Below, in pieces: positions 52,327 through 61,480 of a stretch of 64,000 nt of DNA. Source of the DNA: Eledone cirrhosa. Lineage: Eukaryota. The position numbers and the translations under genes were made by a program. The notes beneath the pieces were generated by a model. That model made no database searches and was not told where the DNA came from. It was given only the letters and a program-made list of their open reading frames with translations. Where the stretch lies: contig OZ024764.1 of assembly GCA_964016885.1 (NCBI GenBank), forward strand, positions 5,890,001 through 5,954,000. The letters are read 5' to 3'. The stretch's first letter is position 1. Each line of letters begins with the position of its first letter.

Positions 52327-52544
52327 TTACACTGGAATCTTCAGAGTTGGTCGTGTCAGGAACAGTAGGTTTGTCGCTCTTCTCACTAAGGACGATACAG
52401 TGATGTAGCTTGCCTTCATTGGTTGCTATGACAACGACAGGAGGGGTGGTCTGCAGGGAGAGGATGGAGCAAGCATCTGTACCATAGTTGTCTTCTGCCG
52501 GGGGATGAACAGGCAAGGGACCTGTCAACAACAGCTTGGAATTC
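9597..52544 (-). CDS. NUP88: Nucleoporin NUP88, 3' portion (11 coding exons in window, about 462 aa; 5' end missing)
   Basis: Manually spliced exons 52331-52544, 50155-50326, 47647-47745, 42300-42384, 40266-40370, 30547-30696, 25700-25822, 22494-22640, 21238-21364, 12128-12243, 9597-9648 (1390 nt). All have AG/GT boundaries and matching phases. The translation contains recognisable NUP88 motifs in the correct order: [91 protein letters not shown]. Confidence 0.95.
10160..10724. mobile_element. Tc1/mariner (Tigger/pogo-like) non-autonomous element
   Basis: TA|CAGTAAACCCC...GGGGATTACTG|TA terminal inverted repeats with TA duplication. Confidence 0.7.
11450..12078 (+). mobile_element. Degenerate RTE-clade LINE 3' fragment (different family)
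   Basis: LLHASETWA...[14 protein letters not shown]...[16 protein letters not shown] with (ATG)n tail. Confidence 0.8.
12128..12243 (-). CDS. NUP88: NUP88 exon J (116 nt): [38 protein letters not shown]
   Basis: ctctatcatgtag|ACC ... GACCA|gtaagt; KKxYQ...LSxxQ...IxxILK pattern of the NUP88 C-terminus; absent from the ORF track. Confidence 0.9.
12315..20555. repeat. 8.2-kb GT-rich compound satellite
   Basis: GCTAGAGTGTGTGGGTGTGTCCCAGT(GT)n units of about 30-45 bp. Confidence 0.95.
20612..21180. repeat. About 60-bp minisatellite with C-runs and (GT)n, 8 copies
   Basis: GTAAGTGTTTGCCCATTTGTCAACACCTGGTTG(C)nAC(GT)n. Confidence 0.9.
21238..21364 (-). CDS. NUP88: NUP88 exon I (127 nt): [42 protein letters not shown]
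   Basis: tttgttccag|A ... AAG|gtaaga; LPxLSDxERDMxKEL motif. Confidence 0.95.
21547..21890 (+). mobile_element. tRNA-derived SINE family 1; further copies 6393-6721(-), 9821-10154(-), 33334-33675(+), 52574-52967(+), 60892-61238(+)
   Basis: Pol III A box TGGCTTAGTGG and B box GAGTTCAATTC; shared body; RTE-like 3' end CCCACCCTTGCAAGCAGGGAAAAGTGGACGTAAAA followed by (TGA)n or (GAAAT)n; copies nearly identical. Confidence 0.9.
21938..22192 (-). mobile_element. RTE-clade LINE 3' fragment (same family as 59605)
   Basis: Same 3' end and (ATG)n tail. Confidence 0.8.
22249..22333 (+). ncRNA. Possible degenerate hammerhead motif
   Basis: GGT-CTGACGA...GAAACA-CA-TGTC-ACC then AATAAA; stems I and III present, stem II unclear. 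Confidence 0.45.
22494..22640 (-). CDS. NUP88: NUP88 exon H (147 nt): [48 protein letters not shown]
   Basis: tctctccctgtag|A ... AAGAG|gtgggc; coiled-coil LAxKYExxKEKQ motif. Confidence 0.93.
23315..24294. mobile_element. piggyBac-type MITE, same family, about 12 internal 70-bp repeats
   Basis: GTAA|CCCTTTAGCATTTA...TAAATGCTAAAGGG|TTAA. Confidence 0.88.
24478..25420 (-). mobile_element. RTE/BovB-like LINE 3' end with a 105-107-bp x about 8 tandem amplification (24590-25420)
   Basis: Repeated LVLWK...[10 protein letters not shown], then [30 protein letters not shown] and (TGA)n tail. Confidence 0.75.
25700..25822 (-). CDS. NUP88: NUP88 exon G (123 nt): [40 protein letters not shown]
   Basis: tctgttgtag|A ... 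CGCAG|gtaac; EECxxLLxRxTxxFREQY motif. Confidence 0.95.
26040..27245 (+). mobile_element. CR1-clade LINE 3' end with a 61-bp x about 12 tandem amplification (26320-27055)
   Basis: [13 protein letters not shown]...[31 protein letters not shown]; (ATT)n tail. Confidence 0.85.
27250..27440 (+). mobile_element. tRNA-derived SINE family 2; further copies about 3160-3340(-), 34975-35150(-), 54555-54670(+), 62725-62905(-)
   Basis: TGGCAGTAACGGTAGAG...GAGTTCAAATCC...ACTTTGCCTTTCATCCTTACGGGGTCGATAAAATAAAGTACCAG...GTAGAAACAATTA(TTA)n. Confidence 0.8.
27505..28606. repeat. Minisatellite, about 135-150-bp unit, 8 copies, starting within a SINE fragment
   Basis: TCACTGGTGCCAAGCTGTATCAGCCATTGCCTTTCCCTTGGAC... 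Confidence 0.9.
28715..30510. repeat. CA/TA compound microsatellite punctuated by CAAGTA
   Basis: Direct inspection; source of the spurious 600-aa ORFs. Confidence 0.95.
30547..30696 (-). CDS. NUP88: NUP88 exon F (150 nt): [49 protein letters not shown]
   Basis: ttctattccag|T ... CTCAA|gtaaat; SPLxVL...F...ILQRS motif. Confidence 0.92.
30818..32950. repeat. Minisatellite, 112-bp unit, about 19 near-identical copies inside an RTE-tailed retroelement
   Basis: GGACTGTCTGGCGGGTTTTCTACGGCTGGATGCCCTTCC...CACATTACAGCGT; element resumes on both sides. Confidence 0.95.
33125..33295. repeat. Palindromic element (about 53-bp arms, 33186-33293); related inverted pair at 34081-34125 / 34393-34480
   Basis: TTGTTATACTTGGGGAGGGTCATATTTGTGTAATATTGCCAGAATTAATAACA followed directly by its reverse complement, inside (TA)n. 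Confidence 0.8.
34641..34768 (+). ncRNA. Type I hammerhead ribozyme motif with a large stem II insertion
   Basis: Stem I CTTCCA/TGGAAG; CTGATGA 34647-34653; stem II GTT(T)ATAAGA/TCTTATAAC; GAAA 34751-34754; stem III TGGCCG; GUC cut at 34762. Confidence 0.8.
35735..35930. repeat. Palindrome with about 85-bp arms in (TA)n
   Basis: AAAAGAAAAAGAAAATTTTGCTCTACATGGCTG...CAGCCATGTAGAGCAAAATTTTCTTTTTCTTTT. Confidence 0.85.
36693..38417 (+). mobile_element. RTE-clade LINE fragment containing an 80-bp x about 17 internal tandem amplification (36880-38237)
   Basis: [21 protein letters not shown]... then repeated [26 protein letters not shown], then resumes [27 protein letters not shown]. Confidence 0.88.
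38920..39495 (-). mobile_element. Non-autonomous RTE-tailed retroelement; relatives at 7712-7980, 30722-33095, 53740-53970(+), 58910-59070(+), 60610-60870
   Basis: Shared TTAGGAAGGGCATCCAGCCGTAGAAAAC core and GGACGTTAAACG(ATG)n tail. Confidence 0.75.
39684..40158 (+). ncRNA. Hammerhead motif interrupted by a piggyBac-type MITE
   Basis: AGTTT-CTGAAGA-TCCC-G-TTAA[MITE]TTAA-GGGT-GAAAGCA...TGCTT-AAACT; removing the MITE and one TTAA restores stems I, II and III. Confidence 0.7.
39705..40124. mobile_element. piggyBac-type MITE with TTAA target duplication and about 4 internal 70-bp repeats
   Basis: TTAA|CCCTTTAGCATTTA...TAAATGCTAAAGGG|TTAA; empty-site relative near 61330. Confidence 0.9.
40266..40370 (-). 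CDS. NUP88: NUP88 exon E (105 nt): [34 protein letters not shown]
   Basis: tatatttcag|T ... CTCAA|gtaagt; phases fit the neighbours; aligns with the NUP88 PIxG...LGxTxIxxTS segment. Confidence 0.9.
40662..40896. mobile_element. Fold-back element with hammerhead, same layout as 6887-7106
   Basis: 40662-40731 is inverted relative to 40842-40896; sits in (TA)n. Confidence 0.7.
40799..40864 (+). ncRNA. Type I hammerhead ribozyme motif
   Basis: Stem I TATTTTAT/ATAAAATA; CTGATGA 40807-40813; stem II AAGcGCACCA/TGGTgGCcCTT; GAAA 40845-40848; stem III TATGTA; cut after AUA at 40856. Confidence 0.78.
40895..41800. repeat. TA/CA microsatellite field (similar fields at 36050-36395, 59280-59605, 61705-62600)
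   Basis: Direct inspection. Confidence 0.95.
41895..41928 (-). ncRNA. Degenerate hammerhead core
   Basis: Minus strand CTGATGA-T-TTC-TAAT-GAA-T-GAAAC-AGTTCTA-GTC; the 5' strand of stem I does not pair. Confidence 0.5.
42300..42384 (-). CDS. NUP88: NUP88 exon D (85 nt): [27 protein letters not shown]
   Basis: tgtcatttcag|CT ... CCAG|gtaac; CxVEHxLCTKPL motif. Confidence 0.93.
42402..46145. repeat. 3.7-kb purine-rich modular satellite (GGAGT-based)
   Basis: Shuffled modules GTTGGAGTGGGAGATGGAGTTTGGCAGTGGAG / GAGTGTAGAGTTGTAG. Confidence 0.95.
46209..47572. repeat. Minisatellite, 42-bp unit (with 33-bp variants), about 33 copies
   Basis: CATGACACCAACACTACCACTTTACAGAGTGTACTGGGTGTATTATAT. Confidence 0.95.
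47647..47745 (-). CDS. NUP88: NUP88 exon C (99 nt): [33 protein letters not shown]
   Basis: ttctatattccag|AT ... AATG|gtaagt; RYHCxHxAGxH motif; phase 1 in, phase 1 out. Confidence 0.93.
48074..48778. mobile_element. Long fold-back element (about 300-bp inverted arms, about 95-bp spacer) with a decayed hammerhead core in each arm
   Basis: 48074-48388 is a near-perfect reverse complement of 48483-48778; CTGA(T/C)GA-CGTAA...TTAC-(G/A)TAAC; (TA)n flanks. Confidence 0.8.
49130..49184 (+). ncRNA. Degenerate hammerhead motif
   Basis: CTGATGA-T-TCC...GGA-T-GAAAC-ATT-GTC-AG followed by AATAAA; stem I only 2 bp. Confidence 0.55.
49845..49880 (-). ncRNA. Minimal type I hammerhead ribozyme motif (sense to NUP88 pre-mRNA)
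   Basis: Minus strand reads TCTT-CTGATGA-A-GGAC-TAGC-GTCC-GAAACGTT-AAGA: stem I TCTT/AAGA, stem II GGAC/GTCC, palindromic ACGT stem III. Confidence 0.8.
50155..50326 (-). CDS. NUP88: NUP88 exon B (172 nt): [35 protein letters not shown]...FTCPIHLVK
   Basis: Acceptor ttattacag|GTA (an in-frame alternative ctgcag|GAC lies 18 nt downstream), donor AAAG|gtaagt; LYVxExVELEL motif. Confidence 0.9.
50261..51752. repeat. Tandem array (about 83-107-bp unit) whose first copy is the NUP88 exon B 5' end plus its splice acceptor
   Basis: Unit GAGACAGGTTT..CTACAGCTCAGTAG..GGTACTGCTACAGTC..GTTCAAGTAATACCT(G/A)..AAT aligns with 50261-50343. Confidence 0.85.
52331..52544 (-). CDS. NUP88: NUP88 exon A (214 nt): [52 protein letters not shown]...EDSS
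   Basis: Acceptor tttttccctcttgtag|G, donor AGT|gtaagt; matches the NUP88 beta-propeller segment GPLPMHPAAEDNYG. Confidence 0.95.
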
Positions 52545-53336
52545 CTACAAGAGGGAAAAAAAATATATATATATGGAGGCACATGGCTTAGTGGTTAGAG
52601 CATTGGCCTTGCAATCGATAGGTTGTGAGTTCAATTCTCAGACCGGGTGATGTGTTGTTTCCTTGAGCAAGACACTTTATTTCACATTGCTCCAGTTAAC
52701 TCAGCTGTAGAAATGAGATGATAGGGACTGGGGTCCATATCATTCCACTGCAAAGTGGTCGTGGAGGTGCCACGGAAAAAAAGCACCCAGCCCACATTGT
52801 AAAGTGGTCGTGGGGGTGCCACGGCAAAAAAGCACCCAGCACTCACTGTAAATGAGGTTGGTGTTAGGAAGGGCATCCAGCTGTAGAAATCAAGCCAGAA
52901 TCAGTTCCCGTCCCACCCTTGCAAGCAGGGAAAAGTGGACGTAAAATGAAATGAAATGAAATGAAATGTATGTGTGTATATATATATATACACACACATA
53001 TATACTTATCATCATCATCATTATCACCGTTTAACGTCCATCTTCCACACTAAAATGGGTAAGACGGGCTAAACCATGTGAGGGATTAGGTCGGGGACCT
53101 TGATTCGCTCACACAGAACTGATTTTGACCTGGTTTCTATGACTGGATGTCCTTCCTAACACCAACCACATTTTCAGTCTGTGTGTGTGTGTGTGTGTGT
53201 GTGCGTGTGTGTCTGAATATATATATATATATAACAAAGGAATTGTGGTAAGGAACCAGATGGACATAACGCACCAGAGTCCAGAAATAGCCGTCGAAAC
53301 GGCTTGAGCTCTGCCGTCGGGGTCCTACTCTTTTTC

Positions 53337-53372
<36 letters not shown>

Positions 53373-53966
53373 CGTGAGTGGTGTTAGTGTTTGTATGCAT
53401 GAGTGTTGGTGTGTGAGTGACGTGTGTATGCGTGTGTGTTTGTAGTTTGTATGCATGAGTGTTGGTGTGAGTGTGTGCCGTGAGTGTGAATAAGTGGTTT
53501 TTTTTTTATGACCATGCTGTAAAATGGAGGGGTAGAGAGGGCCTTTGAGTCTATTAAGACATCCTCTCTAGTGCTGGTGGCACAATTAAAAGCACCCAGT
53601 CCATGCTGTAAAGTGGCGCTGGTGTTAGGAAGGGCATCCAACCAGTGTATCAATGCCAAAACGATTATCAGCACAGCAACAAGTATCAGCACGCACACAC
53701 TCACATATATGAAAATGTATATATATATATATATACCAACACTACCCTTTTTCTGTAAAGTTATGTTGGTACCACATCCAGTCCACGATGTAATGTGGCC
53801 GTGTAGCTAACACGGTAAAAACCACCCAGTCCACACTGTAAACGTGGTTGGTGTTAGGAAGGGTATCCAACCATAGAAAACCTGCCAGATACAGTCCCAT
53901 ACGAGCGAAACATGGTCATCATCTAAACCCATGCTAGCATGGAAGATAGACGTTAAACGATGATGA

Positions 53967-54005
<39 letters not shown>

Positions 54006-54721
54006 AATATATCTCTCTCACTATATAAAATTCTTTGTCCCTCTCTGTTTCCTATGCATTCTCAAACAGCTTGACCAAATCAAATCAAATTTAACAAGGT
54101 AATAAATAGTATTAGACCCCAGGAGTGCCAACATGTATATTTTAATTTTAATTTGGATTAAAACAATATAACATTTTATCTAAAATAATCTTTCTATAGT
54201 AGTCAACTATAGTAAAGGACATTCTACAATGCCGCCGCAAGTAATAGGTGTGTGCGAATGTATGTCTGTGTGTCTGTCTTAGTATATGTATGCGAATGTG
54301 TATGTGTGTGAGTGTGTGTGAGCATTTTTATTTTCATTTGGATTAAAACAATAGTAAACAACACAAAGATGTCACATTTTGTATATGAATGTGTATGTGT
54401 CTGTGAATGTGTATGTGTGTGTGTGCACACGTTCGTTAGCTATGTTATTAAACACACACACCTACACATACATACAACCGACAAAAAATATTTTGTCTCC
54501 CTCAAAATTGCTGGCCTTGTGCCTATAGTAGAAATTATTATTGTTATTATTATTATGGCGGCGATTGGCAGTAATTGGTAGAGCATCTGACAACATGGTT
54601 TGTGGCATGTTGTTATGGCCCTTTACATTCTGAGTTCAAATCCTGCTGAGGTTAGCTTTGCCTTTGATCCTTCGACAGTCGATCAACTTTCGTCAAGTCG
54701 GACCAAGGAAACAATGTTTCC

Positions 54722-55742
54722 ATAGGTCTATCCAATTGCTAGTACTATCTATCGGTCTATCCAATTGCTACTACTATCTATCAGTCTATCTAATTGCTAG
54801 TACTATCTATCAGTCTATCCAATTGCTACTACTATCTATCAGTCTATCCAATTGCTAGTACTATCTATCGGTCTATCCAATTGCTAGTACTATCTATCGG
54901 TCTATCCAATTGCTAGTACTATCTATCGGTCTATCCAATTGCTAGTACTATCTATCAGTCTATCCAATTGCTAGTACTATCTATCAGTCTATCCAATTGC
55001 TAGTACTATCTATCGGTCTATCCAATTGCTAGTACTATCTATCGGTCTATCCAATTGCTAGTACTATCTATCGGTCTATCTAATTGCTAGTACTATCTAT
55101 CAGTCTATCCAATTGCTAGTACTATCTATCAGTCTATCCAATTGCTAGTACTATCTATCAGTCTATCCAATTGCTAGTACTATCTATCGGTCTATCCAAT
55201 TGCTAGTACTATCTATCGGTCTATCCAATTGCTAGTACTATCTATCGGTCTATCCAATTGCTAGTACTATCTATCAGTCTATCCAATTGCTAGTACTATC
55301 TATTGGTCTTTCCAATTGCTAGTACTATCTATCAGTCTATCCAATTGCTAGTACTATCTATCAGTCTATCCAATTGCTAGTACTATCTATCGGTCTATCC
55401 AATTGCTAGTACTATCTATCGGTCTATCCAATTGCTAGTACTATCTATCGGTCTATCCAATTGCTAGTACTATCTATCGGTCTTTCCAATTGTTAGTACT
55501 ATCTATCGGTCTATCCAATTGCTAGTACTATCTATCAGTCTATCCAATTGCTAGTACTATCTATCAGTCTATCCAATTGCTAGTACTATCTATCGGTCTA
55601 TCCAATTGCTAGTACTATCTATCAGTCTATCCAATTGCTAGTACTATCTATCAGTCTATCCAATTGCTAGTACTATCTATCAGTCTATCCAATTGCTAGT
55701 ACTATCTATCGGTCTTTCCAATTGCTAGTACTATCTATCGGT
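54722..55742. repeat. Minisatellite, 29-bp unit, about 35 copies inside a SINE
   Basis: CTATCCAATTGCTAGTACTATCTATCGGT; single-copy form at about 38580-38610 and 7225-7255. Confidence 0.95.
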
Positions 55743-56079
55743 CACAACTCCAAGTGGAAGGAGCAACATGAAATAAAGTGTCTTGCTCAAGGACATAACG
55801 CATCGCCTGGTCCGGGAATTGAACTCACAACCTCACGATTGCAAATCTAATACTCTAACCACTCAGCCACGTGTTTTAACATCCTTACGGGATCGATAAA
55901 ATAAAGTACCAGTAATACACTGAGGTAATTGCTGGCCTTGTGCCAAAAGTAGAAACAATTAACATCATCATCATCATCAATAACATGGGGAGTGTCTAGA
56001 TGTATTGATGGTATTGAGGTTACATGGTTGTTAGTAGTCAATTATGAGTGTTGTAGTTTGGAGAGGAGGTGGAGGGTGG

Positions 56080-57000
56080 GGGGAGAGAAGTGTCGGTGGG
56101 GGAGGAGGTAGAGAAGTGTCGGTGGGGGTAGGTGGAGGGTTGGGAGAAGTGTCGGTGGGGGAGGTACAGGGTGGGGAGTGTCGAGTGAGAGAAGTGTCGG
56201 TGGGGGAGGTACAGGGTGGGGAGTGTAGAGTGAGAGAAGTGTCGGTGGGGAGTGTAGGGTGAGAGAAGTGTCGGTGGGGGAGGTACAGGGTGGGGAGTGT
56301 AGAGTGGGAGAAGTGTCGGTGGGGAGTGTAGGGTGAGAGAAGTGTCGGTGGGGGAGGTACAGGGTGGGGAGTGTAGAGTGGGAGAAGTGTCGGTGGGGAG
56401 TGTAGGGTGAGAGAAGTGTCGGTGGGGGAGGTACAGGGTGGGGAGTGTAGAGTGGGAGAAGTGTCGGTGGGGGAGGTACAGGGTGGGGAGTGTAGAGTGA
56501 GAGAAGCGTCGGTGGGGGAGGTGGAGGGTGAGAGAAGTGTTGGTGGGGCAGGGAGAGGGTGGGAGAAGTGTCGGTGGGGAGTGTAGGGTGAGAAGTGTCG
56601 GTGGGGGAGGTACAGGGTGGGGAGTGTAGGTGGGGAGTGTAGGGTGAGAGAAGTGTCGGTGGGGGAGGTACAGAGTGGGGAGTGTAGAGTGGGAGAAGTG
56701 TCGGTGGGGCAGGGAGAGGGTGGGAGAAGTGTCGGTGGGGGAGGTACAGAGTGGGGAGTGTAGAGTGAGAGAAGTGTCGGTGGGGCAGGGAGAGGGTGGG
56801 AGAAGTGTCGGTGGGGGAGGTACAGGGTGGGGAGTGTAGAGTGAGAGAAGTGTCGGTGGGGGAGGTACAGGGTGGGGAGTGTAGAGTGAGAGAAGTGTCG
56901 GTGGGGGAGGTACAGGGTGGGGAGTGTAGGGTGAGAGAAGTGTCGGTGGGGGAGGTACAGGGTGGGGAGTGTAAGGTGAGGTGGAGGAAGTGTCGGTGAG
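56080..57000. repeat. G-rich minisatellite (about 42 bp)
   Basis: GAGAAGTGTCGGTGGGGGAGGTACAGGGTGGGGAGTGTAGAGT. Confidence 0.9.
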
Positions 57001-57268
57001 ATGTGAGGTGGCGGAGGGGATGTTGTGATGAGGGTGGTAGGGAGGTGCGGTGTGGAGATCATCACCACAATCATCATCATCATCATCATCATCATCACAT
57101 TAACAATAAGTTTAGTGTGCTTCCCTCGTAGTTATTAATTTCCAAATTACTGTCCCTACCTCCCCACAAACTGGGGAACAGGTGTGTATGTAGACTTTGT
57201 GTGTATTAGGCAGCAGGCATTGTTATACACTCAGCAAAAATCAACACATCTAGGCCCACAAATCATGG

Positions 57269-57322
<54 letters not shown>

Positions 57323-57857
57323 TGCATCTAATCCACACTGTACAGTGGTCATGTAGGTGTCACAACAAAAAGCACCCAGTCCACACTAAGGTGGTCATGT
57401 AGGTGTCACAACAAAAAGTACCCAGTACACATAACTCCCCCACAACACAATACCCACCCTTACCCAGCATCCAATGACCTGTGAATAAAATATTAATCAG
57501 AGTATGTATGTGTAAGCATGTGTGTGTGTTTATTAGTTATACATATTTCTATCTCCACACTAAAGTACACTCCACATCTTGTATAGTATAGAGTATGAGA
57601 CCACCAGCCCTCCAACCACGCCACACATCACTTTCTCTCCTTTCACAAAGTGGACTGAAGCATGTCCAATAGCTCTTCTCAAATTTATGTATACATGATT
57701 AGACATGTGTATACATACATATACACACATATATATATGTATATATGTGTGTGTATATATTCATACATATATTTGTATACCGACCTATCTCTCTCTCTCT
57801 CCATATATATACCTATGTCTCTCTCTCTCTCCATATCTATACATATATATATCAACA

Positions 57858-58930
57858 GTAGGAGACACAGTAAAAAGACTCCCAGTCCACACTGTAAACT
57901 GGTCATGTAGGAGACACAGTAAAGAGACTCCCAGTCCACACTGTAAAGTGGTCATGTAGGAGACACAGTAAAAAGACTTCCCAGTCCACACTGTAAAGTG
58001 GTCGTGTAGGAGACACAGTAAAAAGACTCCCAGTCCACACTGTAAACTGGTCATGTAGGTGACACAGTAAAAAGACTCCCAGTCCACACTGTAAAGTGGT
58101 CATGTAAGAGACATGGTAAAAAGGCTCCCAGTCCACACTGTAAAGTGCTCATGTAGGAGACACAGTAAAAAGGGTCCCAGTCCACACTGTATAGTGGTCA
58201 TGTAGGAGACACAGGAAAAAGGCTCCCAGTCCACACTGTAAAGTGGTCATGTAGGAGACAGTAAAAAGGCTCCCAGTCCACACTGTAAAGTGGCCATGTA
58301 GGAGACATGGTAAAAAGGCTCCCAGTCCACACTGTAAAGTGGCCATGTAGGAGACACAGTAAAAAGGCTCCCAGTCCACACTGTAAAGTGGGTGTGTAGG
58401 AGACATGGCAAAAAGGCTCCCAGTCCACACTGTAAAGTGGTCATGTAGGAGACACAGTAAAAAGGCTCCCAGTGCACACTGTAAAGTGGTCATGTAGGAG
58501 ACACAGTAAAAAGGCTCCCAGTCCACACTGTAAAGTGGGTGTGTAGGAGACATGGTAAAAAGGCTCCCAGTCTACACTGTAAAGTGGTTGTGTAGGAGAC
58601 ACAGTAAAAAGGCTCTCAGTCCACACTGTAAAGTGGTCGTGTAGGAGACATGGTAAAAAGGCTCTCAGTCCACACTGTAAAGTGGGTGTGTAGGAGACAT
58701 GGTAAAAAGGCTCCCAGTCTACACTGTAAAGTGGTTGTGTAGGAGACACAGTAAAAAGGCTCCCAGTCCACACTGTAAAGTGGGTGTGTAGGAGACATGG
58801 TAAAAAGGCTCCCAGTCCACACTGTAAAGTGGGTGTGTAGGAGACATGGTAAAAAGGCTCCCAGTCCACACTGTAAAGTGGTCATGTAGGAGACACAGTA
58901 AAAAGGCTCCCAGTCCACACTGTAAAGTGG
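57858..58930. repeat. Minisatellite, 49-bp unit, about 22 copies, homologous to the 3885-6140 unit
   Basis: CCCAGTCCACACTGTAAAGTGGTCATGTAGGAGACACAGTAAAAAGGCT, running into the retroelement 3' end at 58930-59070. Confidence 0.95.
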
Positions 58931-59064
58931 TTGGTGTTAGGAAGGGCATCCAAACGTAGAAAACCAGCCAGAAACGGTCACCTGACCAATCTTGCCTCAA
59001 GTGGGACAAAACCAACTAACCCATGCTAGCGTGGAAGATGGACGTTAAACAATGATGATGATGA

Positions 59065-59103
<39 letters not shown>

Positions 59104-59286
59104 AGAGTTGGGAGCCCGATGGCTGGGCTCTTGCTGCTTCAACAGCTAGTTCCAGACTCTGGAACTAGCTGTTGAAATGGCAAGAGCTCAGCCGTCAGGC
59201 TCCCGGCTCTTTATAATATAACCAAGTATCGAGTATCTGTTTAATAATAGTCAAACTACTTTCAAACTGAATCCATCCTGATATAT

Positions 59287-59321
<35 letters not shown>

Positions 59322-59439
59322 CAGAGAGAGAGAGACTTGTGTGTATGTATGTGTATATATATATATATACACACACACACACATATATATATACAGAGAG
59401 AGAGAGAGAGACAGAGAGACTTGTGTGTATGTATGTGTG

Positions 59440-59489
<50 letters not shown>

Positions 59490-59604
59490 GAGAGAGAGAC
59501 TTGTGTGTATGTATGTGTGTGTGTATATATATATATATACACACACATATATATATACAGAGAGAGAGAGAGAGAGACTTGTGTGTATGTATGTGTATAT
59601 ATAT

Positions 59605-60140
59605 ATCATCATCATTTTACGTCCACTTTTCCCTTCTTGCAAGGGTGGGACGGGTCCTATTCAGCACAGCATCTCTCCACTTGTCACGGTCCTTCGTCAT
59701 CTCCTCGGTGAGTTTCAGCGATCTGAGGTCTGTTCTCACCACCTCCGCCCATGTTTTTCGTGGTCTACCTCTACCACGTCTTCCTTCAACTGGGATTTCT
59801 TGACACTTCTCCACCCATCGGTCATCCTCCATGCGCATCACATGTCTATACCACCTCAGTCTCCTCTCCCGTACACTACATTCTATCCCTCTCAGACAGT
59901 TTCTCTCTCAACACATTCATGCTCGGTCGTTCACGCACATTGACATTGCATATCCAATGGAGCATGCTTGCCTCATTTCTCTCCAGCCGTCACATATCCT
60001 CTGCAGTTGCTGCTCATGTCTCACTACCATGCAGCATCGCGCTCCTCACACAGGCATCATATAACCAGCCTTTCATACGCAGGGAGAAACCCTTCTTCGT
60101 CAGCAACGGAAGCAGTTCCCTAAACTTCTTCCAGCCCGTC
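59605..60140 (-). mobile_element. RTE-clade LINE, 5'-truncated ORF end plus tail
   Basis: Encodes ...KKFRELLPLL...[38 protein letters not shown]...RPTLARREKWT* then (ATG)n. Confidence 0.88.
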
Positions 60141-61237
60141 CTTATTCAGAAGGTCTTTTAAGTGGGGAAAGGCCTTGCACTCAACCAATCCCACTCTCTG
60201 AGCATTGAAAACACTACCTGAAAAGGAGAACTGGTCTCAACATCATCAGATGTTTCCGAAGCCGCAGGTTTTATTTTCAGAGCTTCCCTCTCCTAGAAAG
60301 GTGTTATGACAACAACTAGGGGGGGGGGGGGTTTCACTCCCAGGTGGGAAAAAAAAGTTCTACTTCGATGGCCGTTGACTCTGCTGAGTTCCTTTGCCCT
60401 TTGCCAGGTCTTGTATTTCATCCCGCAGGGTGTCCAAATATTACCCTCCTCACCAAGCTAGCTTGTTGGGGGATGTCGGTTTAGTCGCTGACAACCTGAC
60501 CATGAGACAGGTTGTACTGGGTTACATGTTACCTGTAGCACTTGAGAGCGACCTGACACACACACACACACCCATATATATATATACACACACACATGTA
60601 TGTGTATATCATCATCATCATCATTCTTGTTTAACGTCCACTTTCCACGTTAGCATGGGTTAGACGGGAGTTCTCCCACTTGAGGCATGGTTGGTCAGGT
60701 GGTGACCGTGTCTCGCTCATATAGGACTATCTGGCAGGTTTTCTATGGCTGGATGCCCTTCCTAACACCAACCACTTTTAGAGTGTGGAACTGGGAACTT
60801 TTTACCGTGTTACCTACACGGCCACATTACAGCGTGGATTGTGTGTTTTTTCTTGTGACACTTACACGATCTCTATGTATATATATATATATGGAGGCAC
60901 ATGGCTTAGTGGTTAGAGCATTGGCCCTGCAATCGAAAGGTTGTGAGTTCAATTCTCAGACCGGGTGATGTGTTGTTTCCTTGAGCAAGACACTTTATTT
61001 CACATTGCTCCAGTTTACTCAGCTGTAGAAATGAGATGATAGGGACTGGGGTCCCTATCATTCCACTGCAAAGTGGTCGTGGAGGTGCCACGGCAAAAAA
61101 GCACCCAGCACTCACTGTAAATGAGGTTGGTGTTAGGAAGGGCATCCAGCTGTAGAAATCAAGCCAAAATCAGTTCCTGTCCCACCCTTGCAAGCAGGGA
61201 AAAAGTGGATGTAAAATGAAATGAAATGAAAATGAAA

Positions 61238-61480
61238 ATATATTTATTAAAATAACAGATTAAAGTTTAAGCAAAGAATCGCTGCTCTCACCCTTAACGG
61301 GATCTTCTGAAACTAAAAAAGTCAAAGATCCCGTTAAGTGTGAAAGCAGCGATTCTTTGCTTAAACTTTAATCTGTTATTTTAATAAATATTTGCTCTAT
61401 GGTTCTTATATATTTGATATATATTTATCCTTATCGAGCCCTCTTTGGATTTTAGTCTTCAAATTTTATATTATTACTAT
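61238..61480. mobile_element. Fold-back element, uninterrupted relative of 39510-40180
   Basis: ATTTATTAAAATAACAGATTAAAGTTTAAGCAAAGAATCGC...GCGATTCTTTGCTTAAACTTTAATCTGTTATTTTAATAAAT with a single TTAA where the 39.7-kb copy has the MITE. Confidence 0.75.
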
